Positions 17,567 to 26,974 of a stretch of DNA of 57,287 bases are shown one piece after another. The translations under genes were made by a program, and so were the position numbers. This stretch comes from an uncultured Candidatus Peribacteria bacterium (GTDB taxonomy: Bacteria; Patescibacteriota; Gracilibacteria; UBA4473): positions 1 through 57,287 of the forward strand of contig CAZEON010000001.1 in the NCBI GenBank assembly GCA_964513975.1, written 5' to 3'. How positions within the stretch are numbered: the first letter of the stretch is position 1; every line of letters begins with the position of its first letter. Below the pieces are notes generated by a model that ran no database searches, was not told where the DNA came from, and saw only the letters and a list, made by a program, of their open reading frames with translations.

Positions 17567-17618
17567 ATAAGGAATTTTTAAAAAGACTGGATCCCCAATC
17601 AAGTTGAGAATGAGGAGG
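17567..17618. repeat. 52-nt repeat, paralog of 8297-8348
   Basis: ATAAGGAATTTTTAAAAAGACTGGATCCCCAATCAAGTTGAGAATGAGGAGG aligns with the 8.3-kb copy. Confidence 0.7.
17580..17600 (-). terminator. Likely intrinsic terminator of the ferredoxin/FNR operon (GATTGG-GGAT-CCAGTC plus TTTTT on the minus strand)
   Basis: A 6-bp stem with one G-U pair, followed by T5, 26 nt downstream of the stop at 17626. It lies inside the 52-nt repeat. Confidence 0.5.
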
Positions 17619-17625
17619 GTGTTTT

Positions 17626-18342
17626 TCAATTAAACCGTTCCATGAAAATACTCTCCTTTTCGACGTTCTTTGCTTCCAATAATTCGTTTACAGATTTCAC
17701 CATGCTTCCGCTTCCGCAAATGTAGAACTCGAAATTTTTGTTCCAATCTTCTTCCTCTAAAAAAGTTGTAATACGGCATGGTTTCCAGGGGAGATCTATA
17801 TCTGTTGATTCCTCTCGAGACAGTCCGAGCTTTACCTCTAATTGATCAGACCAGTCTGACATCTCGTCGAGATAGGAAATATCTTCCGCATTTCGACCAC
17901 CATACAGGAGTGTCATTTTTCGTGGAGATTTCTTTTTTACTTCTTCGAGAATCATAGATCGGAACGGGGCAATCCCTGTTCCTGTTGCACAAAATACAAG
18001 GTGGGCATCATCGTTCTTCGACAAACAAAATTCCCCAAAGGGGCCCTTGAATTCAAACGTGTCGTCGACTTTTGTTTTCCAAAAAACATCAGAAGCCGTT
18101 CCGTTGGGAACATACCGGACAACGAACTCAATATATTTTTCATTTGGATGAGAGGCGATAGAGTAGGCTCTCCATGCGGTCTCACTAAATTTCAAGGACA
18201 AGAAGTGTCCTGGTTGATACTCAAATTTCTCATCACTTGGCACGAGTGTTTTGGCATCCATCACAGAGAATCGAAACTTTTTTGTGTCACGAGCAACTGT
18301 TTCGATAGACTCGACTCGCAATGTTCCCTGAAAAATATTCAT
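17626..18342 (-). CDS. Ferredoxin-NADP reductase-type FAD/NAD(P)-binding oxidoreductase
   Basis: RAYSIAS (the RxYS FAD motif) and CATGTGIAPFRSM (the NAD(P) motif), with a C-terminal CGSGSM. Confidence 0.78.
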   Translation of the reverse strand: MNIFQGTLRVESIETVARDTKKFRFSVMDAKTLVPSDEKFEYQPGHFLSLKFSETAWRAYSIASHPNEKYIEFVVRYVPNGTASDVFWKTKVDDTFEFKGPFGEFCLSKNDDAHLVFCATGTGIAPFRSMILEEVKKKSPRKMTLLYGGRNAEDISYLDEMSDWSDQLEVKLGLSREESTDIDLPWKPCRITTFLEEEDWNKNFEFYICGSGSMVKSVNELLEAKNVEKESIFMERFN

Positions 18343-18602
18343 TTCTTTTTCTTAAGATTGCGAATGATTTTCCCCATTTCTATAGGTGTTGTGTAGGAAT
18401 GCAATTGCTGTTTCCCGTCTTGTTCTACGACAACATTCGGTCCTTTATCACACTTCCCCAAACACGGACATTCTTCGCACTCGACGTGGTCGAGTTTCAA
18501 CGCCTCCTTATCATTCTGCGCTCGCTCCAAAGAATAGGGAGCCAAATTCCTTCGGCACGCATTCCCGTGGCATACCTTAATTTTTGTCGTTTTGTCTGCC
18601 AT
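18339..18602 (-). CDS. Thioredoxin-like [2Fe-2S] ferredoxin
   Basis: Four Cys residues in the pattern C-x4-C ... C-x3-C (VCHGNACRR ... CPCLGKCDKGP). It overlaps the reductase gene by 4 nt. Confidence 0.6.
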   Translation of the reverse strand: MADKTTKIKVCHGNACRRNLAPYSLERAQNDKEALKLDHVECEECPCLGKCDKGPNVVVEQDGKQQLHSYTTPIEMGKIIRNLKKKK

Positions 18603-18628
18603 TGTTTAGGTTATTTTCTTGCAAGCCC

Positions 18629-20593
18629 TTAGAGAGAAAATTCGTAGATCTTGTCCTTCGTGAGGACATTTACTTTCTGTCCAGAATCATCAATCACAAA
18701 GTCTCGCGCATCAGCAAGATCGAAGAGTACTTGTTTCTTGTAGGTCGCAAATCGTTCTCCTTTTACGAATACCAAGATTCGAGCATTGTCTGGATCCAGT
18801 ACGTAGAGGAAGTCGAGATTTGGTGTCGTGAAGATCTTTAGATTTTGTCCTGAGAAAGGAATCGATGGAAGATCTCGGAATGTGTAATCCACCTTTGTTC
18901 CTCGGAAAATTTTCTGCAATGTTCCGTCATCAGACAAGATATAAATTCCGCCATCAATCGTCATGCTGATTGCTCGAGAAAGATCAGCTCCTTGATTGTA
19001 TGCAATCGCAGGAGAGTACTTTGCTCGTCGTCGTTCGTATTTCCAGATTTGATTCTCGACGGGATCGAGGATGTATGCGTATCGTCCGTAGGTCTTAATA
19101 TCAAGCCCACGTTTCCATGTTTCGTCCTCAGTTCCCATCTGTGTGATGAGCCCTTCTCGGTACTCAACTACCTTTGGAGCGTCTGTTAAGAAGAGTAATG
19201 TATTTTGATCAGTTCGGGTAGTAGACGCGAGGATTGTTTCTTTTTCTGAAAGTGGCAGTCCTTTTTCTACAATATTTCGAACGGTTTTGTGAACTTGTTT
19301 AAGATCGTGAACGTATAAATTTCCACTGAGTTCCAAAAGCCCTGTTGCTTCCAAATTATCATTCTTCACTCCCAAATCTGCCAACAGTTGTGGCGTGACT
19401 TTACGAGCATTTTCAACTTGGAGTTGTTTTTCTTGAATGTCAGCGAGCAAGAATTGTGCGTCTGATCGAAAGCTCTTTGATTTAGAACCTAAGACCACTT
19501 GAACAGACCCTTGTGCTTTCTGAAGGTATTCAGAAGCGGATTGTCGTTCTCCTTGGAGAAGGAATGTATCGGCTTGTACAAGCGCTTCACGGGCAATTGA
19601 GAGTTGTTCTCGGAGAGCTTTCGTATCTGTTGATTCATAACCTGCGATAGATTTAATTCCAATTCCAACGATCAAAATCAAGAGTACCGTTCCGGCGATC
19701 ACCATTAGATTTTTCTGTGGTTTTATTTTTTTCTTTGGGAATGGGATTTTCTCGAGAAGTCCTTTGCATTTATTCAATAGATCACCAACTTTAAGAGGTT
19801 CTTCTTCGATTGTTGGAGTGTCTTCGAATGTTTCTTCTTCGAAATCTTCTGCATCGAAATCTTCCTCGATCGCTTCTTTCACAACAGGTTCAACTGGTGT
19901 CGGTTCTTCGTCGTTCGCGAGAACTTTCTTTCCTTTTGATACTACTTTAGAAAGGAATCCGGCACTTTGCGAAGTTTCTTTTTTTCCAATTCCAACCGCT
20001 GTTACAAGCGTGTCTTCGTCACTTGCTGTTTGGAGTTCGTGTCGTAAGAGTCCAATCGCTTCTCCGAAATCGCTTCGGCTGAGCGTATCGACAATTTGAT
20101 TTGCGGTAATGACACGAAGGAGTCTGTTTGAAGAAAGAATCACAACATCATCAATAGCCACTTGTCCGCTCAAAATATTTGAGAAGAGTGAGTCTTCGTT
20201 TTCAGGTGTTTCTGTGATTTGAGAAACACTTGTTCCTCGGATCAAATAGGCTTCGCATTCACCGGATTGAGAAAGATAGAGATTATTGAAATCAAAAAAT
20301 GAGATAACAATGTTTGGCACTTGCTTCCAGTTCTTTTTTCGTTTTTGCGCTTCGAGGTTTGCTGCCTTGAGGGCATCTTCGAACTTATCATAGGCATCTG
20401 TAGTCTTAGAACTCGTGAAGCTTTCAACGGCGGCTCCAAAGATTGCCTCGGTAACCGTTTTGGCGTCAACGTCGTCTTCATGAAATTTTCCTAAGAAAAA
20501 TACCTCTTGGCCTTCGGCGATGTTCTCGCGAAAGGCGAAACCGAGGTTTCCTTCTGATGGATTGGTTTCGAAAGTGTGTGCTGAAAAAGTCAT
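18629..20593 (-). CDS. Hypothetical single-pass membrane protein (cytoplasmic N-domain, acidic linker, extracytoplasmic C-domain)
   Basis: 654 aa from ATG 20593, with a transmembrane helix NLMVIAGTVLLILIVGIGIKSI. No family was recognised. Confidence 0.5.
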   Translation of the reverse strand: MTFSAHTFETNPSEGNLGFAFRENIAEGQEVFFLGKFHEDDVDAKTVTEAIFGAAVESFTSSKTTDAYDKFEDALKAANLEAQKRKKNWKQVPNIVISFFDFNNLYLSQSGECEAYLIRGTSVSQITETPENEDSLFSNILSGQVAIDDVVILSSNRLLRVITANQIVDTLSRSDFGEAIGLLRHELQTASDEDTLVTAVGIGKKETSQSAGFLSKVVSKGKKVLANDEEPTPVEPVVKEAIEEDFDAEDFEEETFEDTPTIEEEPLKVGDLLNKCKGLLEKIPFPKKKIKPQKNLMVIAGTVLLILIVGIGIKSIAGYESTDTKALREQLSIAREALVQADTFLLQGERQSASEYLQKAQGSVQVVLGSKSKSFRSDAQFLLADIQEKQLQVENARKVTPQLLADLGVKNDNLEATGLLELSGNLYVHDLKQVHKTVRNIVEKGLPLSEKETILASTTRTDQNTLLFLTDAPKVVEYREGLITQMGTEDETWKRGLDIKTYGRYAYILDPVENQIWKYERRRAKYSPAIAYNQGADLSRAISMTIDGGIYILSDDGTLQKIFRGTKVDYTFRDLPSIPFSGQNLKIFTTPNLDFLYVLDPDNARILVFVKGERFATYKKQVLFDLADARDFVIDDSGQKVNVLTKDKIYEFSL

Positions 20594-20670
20594 CTTTGTG
20601 GGGAAAAAAAGCTTTTCCTTTTTATAGCACAATTTCGAGAAAACAAAAAAAGATACGAGAGAATAATGGG

Positions 20671-20802
20671 GAATTATCAATTACAAATTACGAATTAGAA
20701 ATTGCGAGTTATTGAAAAGTTTAAAAGTTAGAGAATTAAAAAGTATGTTTGCTTGAAGGAGAGTGTTCAAAATCGAAAATCCGAAATCGAAAATCGCAAA
20801 TT
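20671..20802. repeat. Short tandem AT-rich tracts (ATTACRA units and (AAAATCG)n)
   Basis: Read directly: gaattatcaattacaaattacgaattagaaattgcgag ... caaaatcgaaaatccgaaatcgaaaatcgcaaatt. Confidence 0.75.
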
Positions 20803-20929
20803 ATTCATTTTCATAACCACTTCTTGATTCCTGAACGGTGCTCAACTTTTCTTTCACAGAGGCTTGAATTTATATATGTTTTGTGTTATAATAACATGTA
20901 GTAAATCATGAAATTGACAAAAACAAAGA

Positions 20930-23350
20930 ATGTTTAAAATAAATATAAAAAAACTACTCGGAATAACTGAACTAGAATCCTCACGTCTACAACTCTGTTG
21001 GGGGGCTCGTTTCTTGTTTCAAATAGGGTTTATTGTCTCTTGGATTATTTTGACAGCGCTCTTCGTAGAGCAGTTTGGAATTCATAATTTGTTATGGTTC
21101 TTCTTGTTCGACGCAGGGTTGTATGTAGTGGGATCAGGAATCGCAAGTTTTTTGTTTCCACGATTATCACTCAGAACATTCTTATTGTTTCTTATTTTCG
21201 CAACGGCGGTATTGGTTGGAGGATCATTCTTTTTCGAACCAACGCAGTTGGCCTTTTTCATTCTTGTAATTTTTGCGAAAGATCTCTTCTTTTCTCAAAT
21301 TAATATCGCGCTTCATCGACTCACGGAACACCTGTTCTCTCCGTCTGAAGCGCAGCGATTTATGCCAAAGATCGAATCAGCGATTACGATTGGATCGGTC
21401 GTGGGAGCGGCCTTGATGGTCTTCTTCCTCGACATGATCGCGGATCAATCTGTGTTGTGGTTGTGGATGGGATCACTGTTTGGGATTGGGCTTTTGATTA
21501 CATTTATGCCGAAAATTCTGCATACGATTCCAAGTTTTCTCAAACCAAAGATTCAAAAACAGAATCAAAAAAATCCGCTGGGAGAAGGTCTTCGAGGCGT
21601 TGGGAAGATTCAATTCCTCAAACACTTGCTGGTGATGCTCCTGTTACAAGTAGTTGTATTTACGATTATTGAGTTTGAATTTACGAAGGAAATTCAGTCG
21701 CACATTGTGCCATCTGGAGAACATCACGAAGTTCATGTGCCGGCACAAACAATGCAGGCATCGCTTTTCACCAAGGTGATTGAAAAAGTAAAAGACGTGC
21801 AACACGCAACGCAAGAAAAGGTGGAGACCATTTCTTCACAACTCATTATGCGGAAATCACTGGCGCATGACTTGGGAATGTTTCATCTCTTCTTTGCGTT
21901 TTTCGCACTGTGTATTCAGTTCTTCCTGACCCCACGAGTATTGCAATACTTTGGAGTAGTTGGATCGATGTTTACGTATTTCTTCCTGCTCTTGGCAGGA
22001 CTCGCACTATCGGTTTTGGGATACGGAGGAGTAGCGCTGACCAGAGCGATCCAACACGGAACGCACTCAATTGGAGAATCGGCGTATCATATTAGTTTTT
22101 ACTCAGTGTTCTCTCATCGGAGAGAATCAGTGCGACTTTTTTTGGAAGGAATTATCAGACCGTTTGGAATTGGGCTCGGAGTGTTGCTCCTCTTTTCCGT
22201 TCCGAGTATATTTATCTTTCCTGCAGCGGCAGGAGTGACAGTGATCTTGTTGCTGATTTGTTTTCCTTCTTGGAAAAGTTTCACTCAACTCTCAAAAGCA
22301 AATTTGGAATCAGAACAAAATATTGAAGGGAAGCTTCATTCGATTGAAGTACTTGGACAAAGAGGACACAAAGATCGAGCTGATATTCTCGTTCAGAAAC
22401 TTCAACACAGAGATGAAATCGATCTTATTCGAGAAAAAATTATCAACACAATTTCTGCGATTAATGATCCACGGGTTGTTCATGTGTATTTAAATATCTT
22501 GCGAGACAAAGATGAGAATTTGGAAACAAAGATGAGAATTGCTGATTCACTTTTTCATCTAAACATTCCGACTTCGTACTGGGAAGATCATGCGTTTACG
22601 CACTACCATTTGAGAGAAACATTGCAGGAATTGTTTGCGAAAGCGAAACATCCGCACTTCAAAAAGTTGCTGGTGATGAATATCTTTAAACATTCTCCAA
22701 ATCATGAAGTCGCTCCGTTTTTTCTCAAGAACATGCGAAAGGCGGATGATAAATTAAAATCTGTGTACCTGCGTTCATGCCGAATGTTTGATGATCCGGA
22801 AATCGTTTTCTACGTACAAAAGTATCTTGAGTATCGTGATCCGCGAATCAAATCACACGCGGTGATTGCGTTGTGGAAGTTTGAAGAAAAAGAACCATTG
22901 CGGGCAATCTTGCAGGAATTGGTAACAAGTAAACAAGTAAAGCACCAGATCTCAGCGTTGTATGCGATTGGAGAGGTGCAGGATAAAATGCAACAGGAAA
23001 CACTGTACAAATTTATCAATCACAAGTCGGACAACATCAGATTGCACGCATTAGTTGCGCTTGCGAAATTTGGAGATGCACGGGCTCTTCCAGGATTGAT
23101 TGAGATTCTCTTTGGGAAAGATCAGAAGTTGTCGCAAAAAGCGTTCTACATGCTCGACCGTGTTCCGCGGGAAATTCGCATCTTGCTTCAACGAAAAATT
23201 CAGACAGAAGTTTCACGAGAAGTGTTTGCCATTCTTCACTCAGAAGTGTTTCTCACTTCTCCCAAAAATATCATGGCACGATTGCAGTGGTTGTATCAAA
23301 TGGCTGGGCGACATGATGATATTGTGGCGATGGGGCAGTTCGGAAGTTAA
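20930..23350 (+). CDS. Polytopic membrane protein (MFS/nucleotide-transporter-like N-terminal half) fused to a C-terminal HEAT/PBS-lyase repeat domain
   Basis: About 10-12 transmembrane helices in residues 1-450. HEAT-like repeats follow (DPRVVHVYLNIL, DPRIKSHAVIALWKF, NIRLHALVALAKFGDARALPGLIEIL). Confidence 0.55.
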   Translation: MFKINIKKLLGITELESSRLQLCWGARFLFQIGFIVSWIILTALFVEQFGIHNLLWFFLFDAGLYVVGSGIASFLFPRLSLRTFLLFLIFATAVLVGGSFFFEPTQLAFFILVIFAKDLFFSQINIALHRLTEHLFSPSEAQRFMPKIESAITIGSVVGAALMVFFLDMIADQSVLWLWMGSLFGIGLLITFMPKILHTIPSFLKPKIQKQNQKNPLGEGLRGVGKIQFLKHLLVMLLLQVVVFTIIEFEFTKEIQSHIVPSGEHHEVHVPAQTMQASLFTKVIEKVKDVQHATQEKVETISSQLIMRKSLAHDLGMFHLFFAFFALCIQFFLTPRVLQYFGVVGSMFTYFFLLLAGLALSVLGYGGVALTRAIQHGTHSIGESAYHISFYSVFSHRRESVRLFLEGIIRPFGIGLGVLLLFSVPSIFIFPAAAGVTVILLLICFPSWKSFTQLSKANLESEQNIEGKLHSIEVLGQRGHKDRADILVQKLQHRDEIDLIREKIINTISAINDPRVVHVYLNILRDKDENLETKMRIADSLFHLNIPTSYWEDHAFTHYHLRETLQELFAKAKHPHFKKLLVMNIFKHSPNHEVAPFFLKNMRKADDKLKSVYLRSCRMFDDPEIVFYVQKYLEYRDPRIKSHAVIALWKFEEKEPLRAILQELVTSKQVKHQISALYAIGEVQDKMQQETLYKFINHKSDNIRLHALVALAKFGDARALPGLIEILFGKDQKLSQKAFYMLDRVPREIRILLQRKIQTEVSREVFAILHSEVFLTSPKNIMARLQWLYQMAGRHDDIVAMGQFGS

Positions 23351-23603
23351 AAACCTCACTCTTGTCATTCCGACCGAAGCGGAGGAATCCCTTCTTTTAT
23401 CGTGGTTGGATATTGAGAGAACTGTTCTTTTTATAACTAAAAAGAACCAAAAAGTTCTGGAAAAAAAAACTCGCTTTCATTGGTATAGCACAAAGTTGCC
23501 GAGTTCCATTGGCGCTCAAACACTTCTCGTTCCCAAACCCCCAAGCGATAGCGAATATGAAAATCAATTGATAATTCTGAACTGATAACTAATAATCGGA
23601 ACA

Positions 23604-24611
23604 ATGGAATTGTCATTCTTTTTTCTGATTGGTTTTGTTTTGTCACTCATCTTGACATGGGGGGCTGTAAAAATATTCCCAGCACTCGGACTGCTCGATT
23701 TTCCTTATAGATATGGATTAAAGAGAAAACGAATTCCATATCCAGGAGGACTGGTGATTTTGGTACTGAGTATTCTTTTCTTTGTGACAGAACCGATGCT
23801 TTGGTTTCTCAGTATTCCATTGGCATTGCTCGGAGTGATAAGTTTTATCGATGATAGGAAACCACTCCCTGTGTGGATTCGGGGACTCATTCATTTAATT
23901 GCCGCAGGACTTGTTTTTTATTACGGGATTCGGATTGCGTTTATTGGAAATCCATTTTCTGCGGGAGCAAGTTTCGATCTCACAACGATACCCATTATTT
24001 CATTCGGACTAACGGTGGTTTGGATTATGCTGATTCAGAATGCCATGAACTGGTTTGATGGAATCGAAGGATTATCGGTGGGAGTTTCAGGGGTTGGTTT
24101 TTTGACACTGGGAATCTTTGGACTGATTCGACAAGAAGTAGCTTGGGAAGCAGGACTCGAATCGTTTCTGCTTGCGAGTTTCTTTTTGGCAGGGATTTGC
24201 GGAGGGGCATTTCTCCTCTTCTGGCGTGGGAAAATTCTTCTTGGAGATAGTGGATCACAGGTATTAGGATTTCTTCTTGCAGTACTCTCTATCTTTGCAG
24301 GAACGAAAATAGCAACGACATTACTTGTCCTTGGACTGCCGATTCTTGATCTTCTCTTTGTGATTGTGCGTCGAGTATGGAAAGAAAAAGTATCACCTTT
24401 CCGAGGGGATAAAAAACATCTCCATCATAATTTATCTCGCAAAATAGGAGAACAGCGTACAGCTCTTTTAATGATTGCTATTTCGGGAATATTTGGCGTG
24501 ATTGCTATTTTCGTGACCGGATATCCAAAGTTGTTATTTTTGCTTTTGGTTGTGTTTCTAATTTTTCTTCTAAATGAATGGAGTCAGAAAGGTCTTCGAT
24601 TGAAGTTGTGA
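23604..24611 (+). CDS. Glycosyltransferase family 4 polyprenyl-phosphate sugar-1-phosphate transferase (WecA/MraY-like)
   Basis: IDDRKPL, the NAMNWFDGIEGLSVG motif, LGDSGSQVLGF, and about 10 transmembrane helices. Confidence 0.8.
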   Translation: MELSFFFLIGFVLSLILTWGAVKIFPALGLLDFPYRYGLKRKRIPYPGGLVILVLSILFFVTEPMLWFLSIPLALLGVISFIDDRKPLPVWIRGLIHLIAAGLVFYYGIRIAFIGNPFSAGASFDLTTIPIISFGLTVVWIMLIQNAMNWFDGIEGLSVGVSGVGFLTLGIFGLIRQEVAWEAGLESFLLASFFLAGICGGAFLLFWRGKILLGDSGSQVLGFLLAVLSIFAGTKIATTLLVLGLPILDLLFVIVRRVWKEKVSPFRGDKKHLHHNLSRKIGEQRTALLMIAISGIFGVIAIFVTGYPKLLFLLLVVFLIFLLNEWSQKGLRLKL

Positions 24612-25296
24612 AATTTTCGATTTTATCCAAAGTTGTTTTTGTTTCTGGTTGTAATGTTTCTTTTTCTTCTTCTTTATCAGTGGAAAAGAAGTCAAGGAGG
24701 TCTTCAATTGGAGTCGCGAAATTTTTCATTTCCTTCACCATCTTTTCCCATTCACTTGGTTCTGTTGGAACTTTTCGAAGAAGTTTATTTTGAGGAAGTG
24801 ATTGAATATAATCCTCATCGATTTTTATTTCAAAACAGTTTCCATCACGAATATCGAGAATAGATTCAAATTGCGTAGAGTTGCGATTAATTTTTGAAAT
24901 ATTGGAAAGATCTTTCCATTGTGCACGAAAGGGAGGAGTTCCTTGTACAAGTACATTATCTCCTAATTTATTAACTCCGATGACGGTGTAGTTTTCATTA
25001 AAATTCACATCATTAAAAGTGCGTGTCGATTTGTCATAACAGTAAAAAAATGCGTAATCTTCTACGAGAATAAAGTACTCATTTTTGAGGAACAGTTTTT
25101 CCAAGCTTTCTGGGGTATATTCGTATTGTGGGCTTGAAAAAAGAGATTCGGCAGTAACGAGCTTTCCGACGGTGTTAACCACTGCTTGTGCGGGGATTGC
25201 TTTTGCCTCATGATAAGCTTTCATAAGCTCCTCTTCATTACATCCGGAGATAAATATGCTTGAGAAGAGGCAGAGAAGAATCAATAACTTTTTCAT
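24505..25296 (-). CDS. Hypothetical lipoprotein
   Basis: Lipobox LFSSIFISGC and an internally duplicated acidic C-terminus. Its 3' end overlaps the convergent GT4 gene by 107 nt. Confidence 0.5.
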   Translation of the reverse strand: MKKLLILLCLFSSIFISGCNEEELMKAYHEAKAIPAQAVVNTVGKLVTAESLFSSPQYEYTPESLEKLFLKNEYFILVEDYAFFYCYDKSTRTFNDVNFNENYTVIGVNKLGDNVLVQGTPPFRAQWKDLSNISKINRNSTQFESILDIRDGNCFEIKIDEDYIQSLPQNKLLRKVPTEPSEWEKMVKEMKNFATPIEDLLDFFSTDKEEEKETLQPETKTTLDKIENFTTSIEDLSDSIHLEEKLETQPKAKITTLDIRSRK

Positions 25297-25323
25297 TGTG
25301 TTTATAATAAAACAACAGATTGA

Positions 25324-26127
25324 TTATGGCAAAAAATCTTGAAGTGTTGAAAAATAGAGTGATGACGATTTAGAAATAGCGTTATTGTGTCCGCCTGTAA
25401 GTTCGATAAACTGTTTTTCAGTTTCAGCTTTTTTAAAAAGCTTTTCTCCATGAGAAAAAGGAACCATTTGGTCATCCGGACTATGGAGAATCAGAAGAGG
25501 GAGAGTGAGTTCTGAAATTTTTAATTCATTATCTAATTGGTATTGGAACAACCATCGTGGGGGTGAAAAGTGAAGGAATTTATGCGCGAGTGTGGGAACG
25601 GATAGAAAGGGTGCTTCAAGTATCAATGCTGCAACAGGATTTCGGAGTGCTATTTCGGTTGCAACACCTGTTCCCACAGAGAATCCCCACAATGTAATGT
25701 GTTGGGGCGAAACGTGCTTCTCTTCGCTCAGAAAATCGATAGCAGCTTGTCCATCGAGATATATATCTTCTTCTCTTTTTATCTTCCCCTCGCTTTGTCC
25801 ATATCCGCGATAGTCGAAAAAGAGAGCGTTTTTACCGAGTTTTTTGAGCATATACAACTGTCCAGTGTAGTAGGAAATGTTTGTTGCATTCCCGTGAAAA
25901 AAGACCACAGTCTCTGTGGATCCGACGTTCATCCACCATCCATGAAGGAGTACATCATCACTTGTGCGAAAATTAACTTCTTCCCAATCGAAATTTCTGG
26001 GAATTGGATGTTGAACGTAATTTCCTGGAGCTGGGAAAATAAATTTTTCTTGAAAAGAATACAGCACTCCAATCCATCCAATAAAGATGACGAGTAGTAC
26101 GAGAAGCCATTTAAGAATATATTTCAT
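25324..26127 (-). CDS. Alpha/beta hydrolase
   Basis: FFHGNA oxyanion motif, GFSVGTG nucleophile elbow, and downstream Asp (SPDDQ) and His (GGHNN). There is an N-terminal transmembrane anchor. Confidence 0.78.
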   Translation of the reverse strand: MKYILKWLLVLLVIFIGWIGVLYSFQEKFIFPAPGNYVQHPIPRNFDWEEVNFRTSDDVLLHGWWMNVGSTETVVFFHGNATNISYYTGQLYMLKKLGKNALFFDYRGYGQSEGKIKREEDIYLDGQAAIDFLSEEKHVSPQHITLWGFSVGTGVATEIALRNPVAALILEAPFLSVPTLAHKFLHFSPPRWLFQYQLDNELKISELTLPLLILHSPDDQMVPFSHGEKLFKKAETEKQFIELTGGHNNAISKSSSLYFSTLQDFLP

Positions 26128-26768
26128 GTAAGCAGGAATTCGCGAAGAATATGTTTTTCATATTCCCCGTGCTCGTTTTTCGCTTTTCCAAAAAACACTT
26201 TTTCCACCTTTATTATCGACGATTCCAATATTCTATCAAACGATTCGTTCAATAAATCAGCATGATGCGCTCCGTAAAAAAGTGAGACATGCGGTTTGTA
26301 GTTTTCAAATCGGTACTCTGGATTTTGAGAAAAGGGGATCGCTTTGCAAATCTCATTGTGCAATCGTTGTAGTTCTCCCGATTCGTCCAACACTTCTCGA
26401 AAGAGGCTGTCGGGAAAACAATTTACGTTGCTCAAGATTACCTCAAATGGCTTCGTGTTTTCTAAAATCTTCTCAATTGCTTTTTCCATAAAACTCACTT
26501 CGTTCTGCTGAAAGTGCACTCCCATGCGTCCGGGGAGGGCAAGTGTGATGTGCATTCGTTGAGGTGCAATCCAGTGTCCTTGTGAAAAAGATTCTCGGAA
26601 TTTCAACTTCTCTAACACCTGTTCCATTTCAGTTCTCATACTGGATGGAATCGGAATTTCTATAAAAAACAAAAAGTTCGGATCGGGGACCCATTGTTTT
26701 GTTCCAAAGAGCGGAGCGTTCTGTTTCCAGTTTTCTTCCCAAGCGTTTTGTTGATCTTTGATATTCAT
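26124..26768 (-). CDS. 2H phosphoesterase superfamily protein (LigT-like)
   Basis: Two H-x-T/S-x motifs (MHITL and PHVSL) at the expected spacing. It overlaps the hydrolase gene by 4 nt. Confidence 0.55.
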   Translation of the reverse strand: MNIKDQQNAWEENWKQNAPLFGTKQWVPDPNFLFFIEIPIPSSMRTEMEQVLEKLKFRESFSQGHWIAPQRMHITLALPGRMGVHFQQNEVSFMEKAIEKILENTKPFEVILSNVNCFPDSLFREVLDESGELQRLHNEICKAIPFSQNPEYRFENYKPHVSLFYGAHHADLLNESFDRILESSIIKVEKVFFGKAKNEHGEYEKHILREFLLT

Positions 26769-26819
26769 GTTGGGGGAATTATTAATGGAAAATCACGAAT
26801 TATCAATTGAAAAATTTCC

Positions 26820-26927
26820 TGTCATCCCGAACTTGTTTTGGGATCAAACCTTTAGTTTTTGTGCTCGCTTCGCTCCAGAAAGTCATAACTTCCAATCGTC
26901 TGATTCCGCAATAAATGCGGAATGACA
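26820..26927. repeat. Inverted pair of TGTCATYCCG hairpin units (TGTCATCCCGA ... GCGGAATGACA)
   Basis: Read directly. The right unit forms ATTCCGC-N7-GCGGAAT. The ORFs across it (26803-27153 on the minus strand, and the 5' end of 26915-27460) are spurious. Confidence 0.7.
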
Positions 26928-26974
26928 AAAGAGGGCGGTCGATTTTCCATCCTAAATATGCCACAATGGGAACG

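Noticed and set aside
9711-20802. Tandem short repeats considered as possible CRISPR arrays
   Set aside because: The units are 6-7 nt and contiguous, with no 25-40 nt unique spacers. No cas genes are present in the window.
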